DNA of 41,413 nt. Source: an uncultured Nitrospiraceae bacterium. Its GTDB lineage: Bacteria > Nitrospirota > Thermodesulfovibrionia > Thermodesulfovibrionales > SM23-35. The stretch covers positions 45,999 to 87,411 of the forward strand of contig CAZLFE010000001.1 in the NCBI GenBank assembly GCA_964558725.1, written 5' to 3'. A program made the translations under genes and the position numbers. This document shows, in pieces, positions 17,539 through 26,701 of the stretch; position 1 is the stretch's first letter, and the number at the start of each line of letters is the position of its first letter. A model generated the notes under the pieces. That model was not told the origin of the DNA. It searched no databases and saw only the letters and a list, made by a program, of their open reading frames with translations.

Positions 17539-17567
17539 ATTATAGTCCCCTTTTCTAAGACCGTCAA
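17539..17567 (-). promoter_or_regulatory. Near-consensus sigma70-type promoter
   Basis: The minus strand reads TTGACG (17567-17562), a 17-nt spacer, then TATAAT (17544-17539). It lies about 200 nt upstream of the lipoprotein ATG. Confidence 0.55.
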
Positions 17568-17754
17568 CAAAAATCATCCTTACTCATCATTAATTTCAAT
17601 GCAAATGAAAATGTCACCTAATTGCAAAGTGATTATGTCACTCTACAGAAATCAGCTGCTTCATAAGATGTTTCATGAAGGCTCATAACTCACTGTCACT
17701 CAAAAAATAGGGTGGGACAAGAGCTGATAGCGTTCAGCAGCTTGGCCGAGTGGA

Positions 17755-18288
17755 TTATCTTGTTGAGGGTGTTGGCTGTTTTGAATAGTGTTTTTCGACT
17801 TCTTTTAGAATGTCTTCTTTGAGCTTCTCGAGTTCTTTCTTGAACAAATCGTTAGCCAGTATTTCCTCGGGCAGTGCCTCGAACCTTCTGGCAATCGTCT
17901 CACGCAGAAGATCACTGACCTGTCTGACCTGTTGGTCAATTGAGGTTTGGGTTTTGACATTAGCCTCGATAAGCTGTTTGACCTGGTCGTTATTGATAGC
18001 TAGTTTTTGATCGAGCGAGGCAAGGGCAAGGAGTATCCGATCGAGCCTATCGGCAGTCAGCCTGGCAGAAACAGCAGTGAGTTGAGTAACATCTATTATC
18101 TGTCCCTCGCAAACACCGGGAAGGGCAACATCTCGCGGCGGTATCCATCTGCCCAGACAAACTTGTGTACCCATCGCACCCCTTATAAAGGTGTACCCCT
18201 CAACTACTTGAGTTTGGGATTGGACTGACGACGCGCCCACGATGAAAAATACTGACACGATTGCAGTAATACAAATTAACGTCTTCAT
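17755..18288 (-). CDS. Secreted coiled-coil protein of unknown function
   Basis: The ATG at 18286-18288 is preceded by AGGAGG and a 4-nt spacer. The signal peptide is MKTLICITAIVSVFFIVGASSVQS. The C-terminal half is heptad-like. The track start at 18312 is a TTG. Confidence 0.7.
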   Translation of the reverse strand: MKTLICITAIVSVFFIVGASSVQSQTQVVEGYTFIRGAMGTQVCLGRWIPPRDVALPGVCEGQIIDVTQLTAVSARLTADRLDRILLALASLDQKLAINNDQVKQLIEANVKTQTSIDQQVRQVSDLLRETIARRFEALPEEILANDLFKKELEKLKEDILKEVEKHYSKQPTPSTR

Positions 18289-18366
18289 AGTTCCTCCTAC
18301 ATAATTTTGCAATTTGAGCAGAGTCCTGACCAGCTTGTCAACGTTATTATATCAGAGTATTTATAT

Positions 18367-19365
18367 TTAGACGGTCACTTCAACCCGATTCCTACCTTTT
18401 TCCTTTGCTTCATACATGGCATCGTCTGCCCTTTTTATAAAGCTATCCTCTGTATCTCCTTCCTTAAACTCTGTTACACCAAGACTTACTGTTACCTTTC
18501 CAACATTCTCAAACTTGTAACTTTCTATTATATTTCTTATCCTCTCTGCCAATGTATGTGCCTTGTCTAATTGAGTCTCCGAAGAAAGTATCATAAATTC
18601 CTCACCACCCCATCTTACAAAATAGTCTATTTTCCTTATATTCTCTCTTACAATATTAGCCATAGTTTTTAACACATAATCACCGGCATTATGTCCATAA
18701 CTATCATTTACTTTTTTAAAATGGTCAATATCAAATATTATTATCGATACTGGTTGATTGTATCTCTTAGCTCTTTCTATTTCTCTTCCTATTATTTCTT
18801 CTGATTTTGTTCTGTTATAAGCTCCGGTTAGTTTATCTGTTGTAGCAAGTCTTTTAAGTTCCTCCTCCGCCAGCTTACGCTCAGTGATGTTTTCGATTAA
18901 ACCATCGTACCGCGTCATCAGTCCTTTCTCATTATGGTGGGGCACCATAGTGTTGCGAATCCAAACCACTGTGCCATCACGACGGATTATCCGATGCTCG
19001 ATGGGCGAAACCTCACTACCAGCGAGTATCTCTTTGATCGAGTTTTCGACCATCATCTTGTCATCTTGGTAGATCATCCTGTGCCACAAATAAGGATCAT
19101 AATCATAATTCTCAGGATTGTACCCCGTGATTGGAAGACATCCCATGCTATGGCGGGTGGAGATTGCATGCCCATCTCTGACTTCCACTGAATAAGTATA
19201 GGCGGTAACTGCGTTGATCAGCCGTTTGTAGCGTTCTTCACTTTCTATAAGCGCCTGCTCTGTTTGCTTGTGCTGTGTTTCCAATATTTCTAAATCAGCA
19301 ATCCGTTGACGCAATGCCGCTAATTCATTTATAAGTTGCTCTTTCGTTATTTCTTCATTTTGCAT
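18367..19365 (-). CDS. PAS-GGDEF diguanylate cyclase
   Basis: The order is an N-terminal coiled coil, a PAS-like core, then a GGDEF domain with RWGGEEF and the DxFKxxND motif. Confidence 0.85.
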   Translation of the reverse strand: MQNEEITKEQLINELAALRQRIADLEILETQHKQTEQALIESEERYKRLINAVTAYTYSVEVRDGHAISTRHSMGCLPITGYNPENYDYDPYLWHRMIYQDDKMMVENSIKEILAGSEVSPIEHRIIRRDGTVVWIRNTMVPHHNEKGLMTRYDGLIENITERKLAEEELKRLATTDKLTGAYNRTKSEEIIGREIERAKRYNQPVSIIIFDIDHFKKVNDSYGHNAGDYVLKTMANIVRENIRKIDYFVRWGGEEFMILSSETQLDKAHTLAERIRNIIESYKFENVGKVTVSLGVTEFKEGDTEDSFIKRADDAMYEAKEKGRNRVEVTV

Positions 19366-19598
19366 ACGTATATCTGCTGGGAAAAGGCAAATTTACATAT
19401 GTTCATTACCCATTATAATATACACAATTCCGTCAATTCTTATTTCTTTTCGTTACAGGAAGCGTTAAGTTTTTCAAGCATTGTCTGAAAGATAAGGTAT
19501 GATAGATAAAGTCTTAACTTTTACAATCTATTTTCACATCAACCTTTAAATACTACCGGCCTTAGTGAAGGGCAAAATAAAAAGGAAGGGAAGATCAA

Positions 19599-20729
19599 TC
19601 AGGCTCTTTCAAGACTTTCGAAAAACCCATCCCGTCTCTTCTTAAGGGCATCGAGAAAACTGTTCAGCCTTGCTATCAATCTCTGCTTATGAAAGTAATC
19701 TCTTCTCTTGTCATCCTCTTTTAGGAATGAGTATGCCTTTGTCATTGCTTCCAAGATTGCTATAACTTTGTCTTTTATTGAAGGGTTAGCAACAGTAAGA
19801 TACCTGTCAGGATGAAATTCCTTCACGAGTTTATAATAATTGTTTTTTACCGTTTCTGTATCTGAATTTTCATCAATCTCAAGAAGTTCACCCGCATTGA
19901 GCATGTTGAGGTTTGAATACACCCCATCCACCCGTTTAATAAGTGTCTCTTCCTCCTCATGGAAGGCTTTTAGTATATCTTCTAGAGACACCGCGTCATT
20001 TGCCTTTTCTGTTTCATCCTCTTTTTTCGCGAGAATACCTGTTGACCACAAGACATAGAGGGTCTTCATAACCTGAAAGGAGTTAGGGGATGAGCTGTTA
20101 ATAAGTTCTTTAACAGTCTTTCTACCATCAATCATGAAAAGCATCTTCTTGTCGAGAGAGCTTAGTACTATATCTTGAAAAAGGCTTACAGGATCGGTGC
20201 TCAACTTCAGAACAGAATTCATATCCGGCATCTCTTTCACTATCCTGTTTATGTTATTTATCCTCTTTACCCCTTCATATATGAGGTTACCCATACTCAT
20301 CTTCAGCGTTATTACCTCCCTTGAAGGTATCTCTCCCTCTTTGAATTCGTATGCAGCATCTTTGAGCTGAAATAAGCTATAGATTATATCCTTTACCTGG
20401 TATTTCACACCCCAGATGATGTCTTGCGGTGTCAGATATCCGAGTTCAACAAGTATCTCACCCTGCCTTTTACCTGTCATTTTGAGGAGTTCCACTGATC
20501 TGTTATACTGCTCTAAAGTGATCTTCCCCATTTTGATGAGCGTCTCACCTAATCTGTCATCTTCATCAGTTGATGAAGCAAAGATAACATCTCCTTTATC
20601 GAGGTATACCTTCTTCGTGAAGGCAGGCGTCTTTACCACTAAAGTGCCTGTCTTCCTTTTCCTATTTAAATAGACAAAGATATTAGGAATACCAAAGTCT
20701 CTGATATTAGCGTTAAGTGGTATTTCCAT
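19599..20729 (-). CDS. DUF4388 (PatA-N-like) domain protein with a C-terminal J-domain
   Basis: The N-terminus reads G.L..F.IPNIFVYLNRKRKTGTLVV...VYLDKGDVIFA, the DUF4388 pattern as remembered. The C-terminus reads YYKLVKEFHPDRY, a J-domain HPD motif. Confidence 0.8.
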   Translation of the reverse strand: MEIPLNANIRDFGIPNIFVYLNRKRKTGTLVVKTPAFTKKVYLDKGDVIFASSTDEDDRLGETLIKMGKITLEQYNRSVELLKMTGKRQGEILVELGYLTPQDIIWGVKYQVKDIIYSLFQLKDAAYEFKEGEIPSREVITLKMSMGNLIYEGVKRINNINRIVKEMPDMNSVLKLSTDPVSLFQDIVLSSLDKKMLFMIDGRKTVKELINSSSPNSFQVMKTLYVLWSTGILAKKEDETEKANDAVSLEDILKAFHEEEETLIKRVDGVYSNLNMLNAGELLEIDENSDTETVKNNYYKLVKEFHPDRYLTVANPSIKDKVIAILEAMTKAYSFLKEDDKRRDYFHKQRLIARLNSFLDALKKRRDGFFESLERA

Positions 20730-20937
20730 AGTGTGTATCTTTTAACCTCAAACCTGCAAATCTTTCTTCTTCTGGTGATATACATTCTGTTGCTAAAGGA
20801 TAGAAATTGATGTGACATAAATCACTAAAATATAAAACGAGATGTGGGATACAGCGAGGCAGGTTTTTGTAAGTAGTAGAATAATTCGATAGGTACAAGT
20901 AATATTTCTGTCCATACCAACTGACAAAACTCGTCAT
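20713..20937 (-). CDS. Hypothetical 74-aa Tyr/Cys-rich protein
   Basis: The ATG at 20935-20937 is preceded by AAGGAG and a 5-nt spacer. The stop overlaps the start of the DUF4388/J gene by 17 nt. No recognisable family. Confidence 0.35.
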   Translation of the reverse strand: MTSFVSWYGQKYYLYLSNYSTTYKNLPRCIPHLVLYFSDLCHINFYPLATECISPEEERFAGLRLKDTHYGNTT

Positions 20938-21062
20938 ATTTTCTCCTTGAAATGCACTTTTCTTTTTAAATTCAATCGGTTTTAAATGGATATAAATGGC
21001 ATAGAACTTGTAAAAATATGTTTAGGAAATTAAAAATGAAAGAGCGGATTTAAGAGGGAAAC

Positions 21063-21284
21063 ATGGAAAGTTTAAATATAGCTTGGATATTCATAGCACT
21101 AACGATGATAGGAACATTTTCGGCAATTCAAAAAAAATGGTGGTGTTTTTTGATTTTTGCAGCAACAAATACATATTGGATTTTCTATGATATCAAATTT
21201 GGAGCTTGGGTACAGGCTATCGTGTTCTTTGGATATTTCTTCATCAACATCTATGGTGCATGGAAGTGGGTAAAGAATGTTTGA
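21063..21284 (+). CDS. 73-aa three-TM membrane protein resembling a single repeat unit of PnuC (NMN/nicotinamide riboside transporter family)
   Basis: Three hydrophobic helices. The C-terminal FFINIYGAWKW resembles the PnuC motif AANIYGWYAW as I recall it. The ATG is preceded by GAGGGA. Confidence 0.55.
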   Translation: MESLNIAWIFIALTMIGTFSAIQKKWWCFLIFAATNTYWIFYDIKFGAWVQAIVFFGYFFINIYGAWKWVKNV

Positions 21285-21507
21285 TTGTCACATTCTTAAT
21301 ATGGATAGGCAATTTTTCAAACGGTAAGAGATTGTCGTTGACATTAATGCTTTGTTTAGGATTAAATTTCCTATGCCCAAAAGACAATATATTCGCTTCT
21401 GCCGGAATCCTATAGAACCAAGCTCACTCTTATTATCAAGTCAAAATTTAAATGTGATTTTACTCACTTCCTTGAAATAATAAACCCCTTAATTTTATTA
21501 TATATTT

Positions 21508-24180
21508 ATGGTTGGAACATTTCTGAAAAAGGTTTTCGGAACGAAGAATGAGCGCGAGCTGAAAAGGCTCTGGCCTATTGTCGAACAGGTAAACTCCTTT
21601 GAGACGCAGATATCAAGTCTTTCAGATACACAGCTCAGAGACAAGACTGAAGAATTCAGGAGGAGACTTGAGGCAGGAGAAACCCTCGATAACATACTTC
21701 CAGAGGCCTTTGCAGTGGTGCGTGAGGTATCCAGACGAAAAATCAGGATGAGACATTTCGATGTTCAGATCCTCGGTGGAATTGTATTGCACGAAGGAAA
21801 GATTGCAGAGATGAAGACAGGCGAAGGTAAGACCCTTGTCGCCACCCTCCCCGCCTATTTGAATGCCCTCGAAGGAAAGGGCGTCCACGTGGTTACCGTG
21901 AATGACTATCTTGCAAAGAGGGATCCCCAGTGGATGGGTCCTATATACAGCTCCCTCGGTCTCTCTGTCGGGGTTATACAGCATGACAGCTCTTTCCTCT
22001 CTGACCCATCATATTTTTCTACTGATAAGCGGTTAGAGTTTCTCAGGTCATGTTCAAGAAAAGAAGCCTATTTAGCAGACATTACGTATGGAACGAACAA
22101 TGAGTTTGGATTTGATTACCTCAGAGATAATATGAAATATGAAATATCTGATTACTGCCAGAGGGAAATGAATTATGCGATAGTAGATGAGGTCGACAGT
22201 ATCCTGATAGATGAGGCAAGGACACCCCTTATCATATCAGGTCCGTCAGAAGAATCCACTGATAAGTATTACAAGATAGACAGGATTATCCCGAAACTCC
22301 AAAAGGATATTGATTATACCGTCGATGAAAAGGCGCGGAACGCCATTCTCACAGAAGAAGGCAATATAAAAGTAGAGCGATTGCTTGGTGCGGGCAACCT
22401 CTACGATCCAGCGAACATAGAGCTTGTCCACCATGTACTCCAGGCGCTCAAGGCACATACTCTTTTCAAGAGAGACGTCGACTATGTTGTCAAAGACGGA
22501 GAGGTAATTATCGTAGATGAATTCACAGGCAGGCTCATGCCTGGTAGGAGATGGTCAGATGGACTTCACCAGGCAGTAGAAGCAAAAGAAGGCGTCAAGA
22601 TAGAAAGCGAAAATCAGACCCTTGCAACAATCACATTCCAGAATTACTTCAGGATGTACAAAAAACTTGCAGGTATGACAGGCACTGCTGACACTGAGGC
22701 TGAGGAGTTCGCAAAGATCTATAACCTTGAAGTAATTGTTATACCGACCAATGAACCTATGATAAGAACAGACCATCCTGACATGGTCTATAAGACGGAA
22801 AAGGGGAAATTCAATGCTGTCATAAATGAGATCGAAGAACTGCACAAAAAAGGCCAGCCTGTTCTTGTCGGTACCATCTCGATAGAAAATTCAGAAATAT
22901 TAAGCCATCTCTTAAAGAAAAAGGGTATCCCCCACTCAGTTTTGAATGCCAAGTACCACGAAAGAGAAGCAGAGATTATTGCACAGGCAGGAAGAAGCAG
23001 CGCCGTTACCATAGCAACAAACATGGCAGGTAGAGGTACAGACATCATACTTGGAGGTAATCCAGAAGGACTTGCAAGGGATTTTCTGAAGGACAAGAAA
23101 GATTATACCGAAGATGATTGGAAGCAGTCACTTGCAAAAGCAGGAGAGATCTGTACAAAAGACAGGGAAAAGGTGGTTTCCCTTGGAGGCTTTCATATCC
23201 TCGGCACAGAGAGACATGAAGCGAGGAGGATCGATAATCAGTTACGGGGACGTTCTGGAAGACAAGGTGATCCTGGCTCTTCGAGATTTTATCTCTCCCT
23301 CGAGGATGACCTTATGAGGATTTTTGGCTCTGACAGGATATCTGGTCTTATGGGGAAACTCGGCATGGATGAAGACATCCCCATAGAAAATAAAATGGTA
23401 ACAAAGTCTATAGAGAACGCACAGAAGCGTGTCGAGGCGCACAACTTCGATATCAGAAAACATCTTCTTGAATATGACGATGTCATGAATAAGCAGAGAA
23501 CGGAAATATATTCCTTCAGGAAGGAATTGCTTCAGGGTGAAAACCTCAAGGATAGCATTTACAGCATGATCGATGAAGTTGTTGATGAAGTACTCAGTAT
23601 TTATTGTCCTGAAGATAAACATAGAGATGAATGGGATATGAAAGGGCTCAACGATGCAGTCTATGGCATATTCTCTGTTGTGCTGAATGTTACTCCTATG
23701 GATCTTAATTCACTGAGTGAGGTGCTTATCTCAGAGATTAGGAATGCCTATGAAAAGAAAGAAGCAGAGATCGGTAGTGATATGATGCAGTATCTTGAAA
23801 AGATAATCCTTCTGCAGGTTGTTGACACTCAGTGGAAGGACCATCTCCTTGCCATGGATCATCTGAAAGAAGGCATAGGGCTCAGGGGTTATGGTCAGAG
23901 GGACCCCCTTGCGGAATATAAAAAAGAAGCCTTTGACATGTTTGCTGAATTGACAGACAGAATATCTACAGAAGTCTTGAGCAGGCTCTTTAAAATACAG
24001 ATACAGAAACAGGAAGCCGTCAAAAGAGAACATAAAAGACAGGTACAAATGAATTACAACAGGGGCGAAGGCTCATCTGTCGCTCAAACGGTCAGGCGTG
24101 GGAAAAAGGTTGGCAGGAATGAACCATGTCCATGTGGAAGCGGAAGGAAATATAAAAAATGCTGTGGTGTAAATGCCTAA
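21508..24180 (+). CDS. secA: Preprotein translocase ATPase SecA
   Basis: 890 aa. N-terminus [15 protein letters not shown], Walker [13 protein letters not shown] box, and C-terminal zinc motif [14 protein letters not shown]. Confidence 0.97.
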   Translation: MVGTFLKKVFGTKNERELKRLWPIVEQVNSFETQISSLSDTQLRDKTEEFRRRLEAGETLDNILPEAFAVVREVSRRKIRMRHFDVQILGGIVLHEGKIAEMKTGEGKTLVATLPAYLNALEGKGVHVVTVNDYLAKRDPQWMGPIYSSLGLSVGVIQHDSSFLSDPSYFSTDKRLEFLRSCSRKEAYLADITYGTNNEFGFDYLRDNMKYEISDYCQREMNYAIVDEVDSILIDEARTPLIISGPSEESTDKYYKIDRIIPKLQKDIDYTVDEKARNAILTEEGNIKVERLLGAGNLYDPANIELVHHVLQALKAHTLFKRDVDYVVKDGEVIIVDEFTGRLMPGRRWSDGLHQAVEAKEGVKIESENQTLATITFQNYFRMYKKLAGMTGTADTEAEEFAKIYNLEVIVIPTNEPMIRTDHPDMVYKTEKGKFNAVINEIEELHKKGQPVLVGTISIENSEILSHLLKKKGIPHSVLNAKYHEREAEIIAQAGRSSAVTIATNMAGRGTDIILGGNPEGLARDFLKDKKDYTEDDWKQSLAKAGEICTKDREKVVSLGGFHILGTERHEARRIDNQLRGRSGRQGDPGSSRFYLSLEDDLMRIFGSDRISGLMGKLGMDEDIPIENKMVTKSIENAQKRVEAHNFDIRKHLLEYDDVMNKQRTEIYSFRKELLQGENLKDSIYSMIDEVVDEVLSIYCPEDKHRDEWDMKGLNDAVYGIFSVVLNVTPMDLNSLSEVLISEIRNAYEKKEAEIGSDMMQYLEKIILLQVVDTQWKDHLLAMDHLKEGIGLRGYGQRDPLAEYKKEAFDMFAELTDRISTEVLSRLFKIQIQKQEAVKREHKRQVQMNYNRGEGSSVAQTVRRGKKVGRNEPCPCGSGRKYKKCCGVNA

Positions 24181-25567
24181 AATATTCCTGATAGGTAAAG
24201 GCACATTTAAAAAAGAATACAAAGATGCCCTGACATCAAAGGGCAATACAATAAAAAGGTTTGAATCCCTGGGCGCTGCCCTGCCGAGGTTCAATGAAAA
24301 TCCTGGTCTCCTCTTAATAGACGGTAAAGAAAGCAAGGAACCCGCTTTTAAGGAATTCCTGAAACATTCGAGAAATATTCCCAAGATTGTCATCTCAGAT
24401 ACCAATAGTGGCTTCACTTCATTGATAAAGGAACCTCTTACGTACTCCATCTTTTCACCCGGTGTAAAAGAACTCAGTTATCTTGTCAACAGATCACTCA
24501 AGGAAAGAAAGATGCTCCTTGAAAATACCGGGTTAAAAAGTGACTCCTTTCTCTTAGGGCAGGAATTGAACCTCTATGAAGAGGCCAGCAAAGCTCTTCC
24601 CTCTTCTATAGATTTAAACGAAATTCTTGATGCGATCATGAGAAGGGCAAAAGAACTGTCCAAGGCAGCTACATGGAATGTGTTTTTAGTAGATGAAGGG
24701 ACAGGAGAATTGGTATTCGAGAGAACAGAAGGGAAAAAGACAAAAGAGACACAGAAGTTCCGATTGATGATAGGAGAAGGTATCGCTGGATGGGTTGCAA
24801 AAGAGGGTATACCTGTCCTTGTACCTGATGTCTCACTGGATAAACGTTTTTCCCGAAAGGTAGACAAGGCTCTCACTTTAAAAAACAAAATAAAATCAAT
24901 TATGTGTATCCCGATAAAAAGCAGTGAAAAGGCTCTCGGTGTTATCGAGGTTTTCAATAAAACAACGGGAGAACCTTTTACAAGGGGAGACTTTAATCAA
25001 TTAATCGAACTCGTTGATCAGTCATCAATTCTTATAGAAAGGGCACTACTGTATCAGAAGGTAGAAGAACTGTCTATTACAGATGATCTCACGAAGCTGT
25101 TTAATACAAGATATCTAAACAGGTCTATCGAGATGGAGATACAGCGCTCCCTCAGATATCGCACATCCGTCTCGCTCATATTCATGGATATTGATTATTT
25201 CAAAGATGTAAATGACCGATACGGTCATCTTGTTGGAAGTAAGACCCTTGCTGAGATGGGTCAGCTCCTCATCAAGAATCTAAGGTCTGTTGATGTCGTT
25301 GTCCGATATGGAGGAGATGAGTTCGTTATTGTCCTTCCACACACACCGCCTGCTGCAGCAGCACAAATTGCAGAGAGGATACGAAAAGCTGTTGAGAAAA
25401 ACGCCTTTCTTGAAAAAGAGGGTTATACGCTGAGAATAACTGCCAGTTTCGGTGTTGCCTCATATCCGGAAAGCGCACGATCTAAAGATGAACTTTTAAG
25501 ACTTGCAGACGAGGCAATGTATAAGGTTAAATATCACACTAGAAACGGAGTTTACGCAATAATATAA
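24173..25567 (+). CDS. Degenerate-receiver / GAF / GGDEF diguanylate cyclase
   Basis: The N-terminal REC-like fold lacks the acidic pair (IFLIGKG). The middle is GAF-like. The C-terminal GGDEF domain has RYGGDEF. The ATG overlaps the secA stop (ATGCCTAA). Confidence 0.85.
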   Translation: MPKIFLIGKGTFKKEYKDALTSKGNTIKRFESLGAALPRFNENPGLLLIDGKESKEPAFKEFLKHSRNIPKIVISDTNSGFTSLIKEPLTYSIFSPGVKELSYLVNRSLKERKMLLENTGLKSDSFLLGQELNLYEEASKALPSSIDLNEILDAIMRRAKELSKAATWNVFLVDEGTGELVFERTEGKKTKETQKFRLMIGEGIAGWVAKEGIPVLVPDVSLDKRFSRKVDKALTLKNKIKSIMCIPIKSSEKALGVIEVFNKTTGEPFTRGDFNQLIELVDQSSILIERALLYQKVEELSITDDLTKLFNTRYLNRSIEMEIQRSLRYRTSVSLIFMDIDYFKDVNDRYGHLVGSKTLAEMGQLLIKNLRSVDVVVRYGGDEFVIVLPHTPPAAAAQIAERIRKAVEKNAFLEKEGYTLRITASFGVASYPESARSKDELLRLADEAMYKVKYHTRNGVYAII

Positions 25568-25569
25568 AA

Positions 25570-26697
25570 ATGGCACTTTTCAATTACACCACAAAAGAGA
25601 TAACTGTTAAAGTAGTTTACTATGGACCTGGACTAAGCGGAAAGACAACAAATCTTCAGTACCTCCATCATATCATTAACCCAGACAGGAAAGGAAAACT
25701 CTTATGCCTTCCGACACAGAGTGACAGAACACTCTTCTTTGATTTACTTCCTATCGATTTTGGAAAGATAAGAGACTTTTCTTTACGGTTTCAACTCTAC
25801 ACAGTCCCTGGGCAGGTCAGGTACAACGCAACACGGAAACTGGTCTTGAAAGGGGCTGACGCCGTTGTCTTTGTTGCAGACTCGCAGAGCGATATGAGGG
25901 AACAGAACATAGAGAGCTTTAAAAACATGAGAGACAACCTCATTGCCAATAATATTAATCCTGATGAAATCCCGCTGATCCTTCAATATAATAAGAGGGA
26001 TCTTCCGAATGTCTTATCCATTGATGATCTGAACACAGACCTGAATGAAAACGGCAAATACCAATATATTGAGGCAATTGCTATAGATGGGACAGGCGTG
26101 GAAGATTCATTCCAGGATATAACAAAAATCGTTGTTGATGATATCAAGCATAAAGTTGATTTACCCTATCTCGAAAAGGAAGAAGTCCCTATAGAAGTTG
26201 AGATCGATGAGTCCTCACCTGAAGAACCTGTAATTACGAGCCCTGTACTTGAAGCAACCATGTATGAATCAGATGCTGTAAATAGTATCAAATCAGAAGA
26301 AATCCCTATGGAAGTTGACATCGGTGAGTCTATTCTTGAAGAACCTGTGACAACAAATCCAGGAATTGAGTCAACTATATATAACCCTGCTGATATAGAA
26401 CGTGACAGGTATAGCATTCCTGAGCTGAAAAAAGAATCAGCACTAGCAGCTATCGAGAAAGAGCTTGCTCTTCTAAAAGAGGTTATCCTTAAGAAAGTGG
26501 AATTGCCACTCTCTCTGGAAGAAAAGCTTGATATGATAAGCAAGAATATCACTGAGATATTACATAACCTGAAAGAGTTTAATCGCGTCATGAAAGATAC
26601 AATGGAAGAGCAAAGGGGAATAAATGTACAGCTTAGAGACATGCGGAAAACTTTCGATTCAATAAAGACAAAAAAGAAGTGGTTCCGGTTTTTTTAA
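25570..26697 (+). CDS. MglA-family Ras-like GTPase with a ~180-aa C-terminal extension
   Basis: aa 1-195 show VVYYGPGLSGKTTNLQYL, SDRTLFFDLLP, LYTVPGQV and QYNKRDL, which match Myxococcus MglA motif by motif. aa 196-375 hold an acidic tandem repeat, a coiled coil and KKKWFRFF. The ATG lies 2 nt after the upstream stop. Confidence 0.85.
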   Translation: MALFNYTTKEITVKVVYYGPGLSGKTTNLQYLHHIINPDRKGKLLCLPTQSDRTLFFDLLPIDFGKIRDFSLRFQLYTVPGQVRYNATRKLVLKGADAVVFVADSQSDMREQNIESFKNMRDNLIANNINPDEIPLILQYNKRDLPNVLSIDDLNTDLNENGKYQYIEAIAIDGTGVEDSFQDITKIVVDDIKHKVDLPYLEKEEVPIEVEIDESSPEEPVITSPVLEATMYESDAVNSIKSEEIPMEVDIGESILEEPVTTNPGIESTIYNPADIERDRYSIPELKKESALAAIEKELALLKEVILKKVELPLSLEEKLDMISKNITEILHNLKEFNRVMKDTMEEQRGINVQLRDMRKTFDSIKTKKKWFRFF

Positions 26698-26701
26698 TTA
26701 C

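Noticed and set aside
17336-17540. c-di-GMP (GEMM-I/II) riboswitch in the operon leader
   Set aside because: I could not find the conserved GEMM-I features (GNRA tetraloop and receptor, ACGCAAAGC-type junctions) or the class II pseudoknot motifs by eye. The leader is kept only as an unclassified candidate.
21622-24450. Antisense ORFs inside secA and the start of the GGDEF gene (21622-21984, 22788-23096, 23242-23622, 23731-24048, 24073-24450)
   Set aside because: They are shadow ORFs of a highly conserved gene, with no motifs or translation signals.
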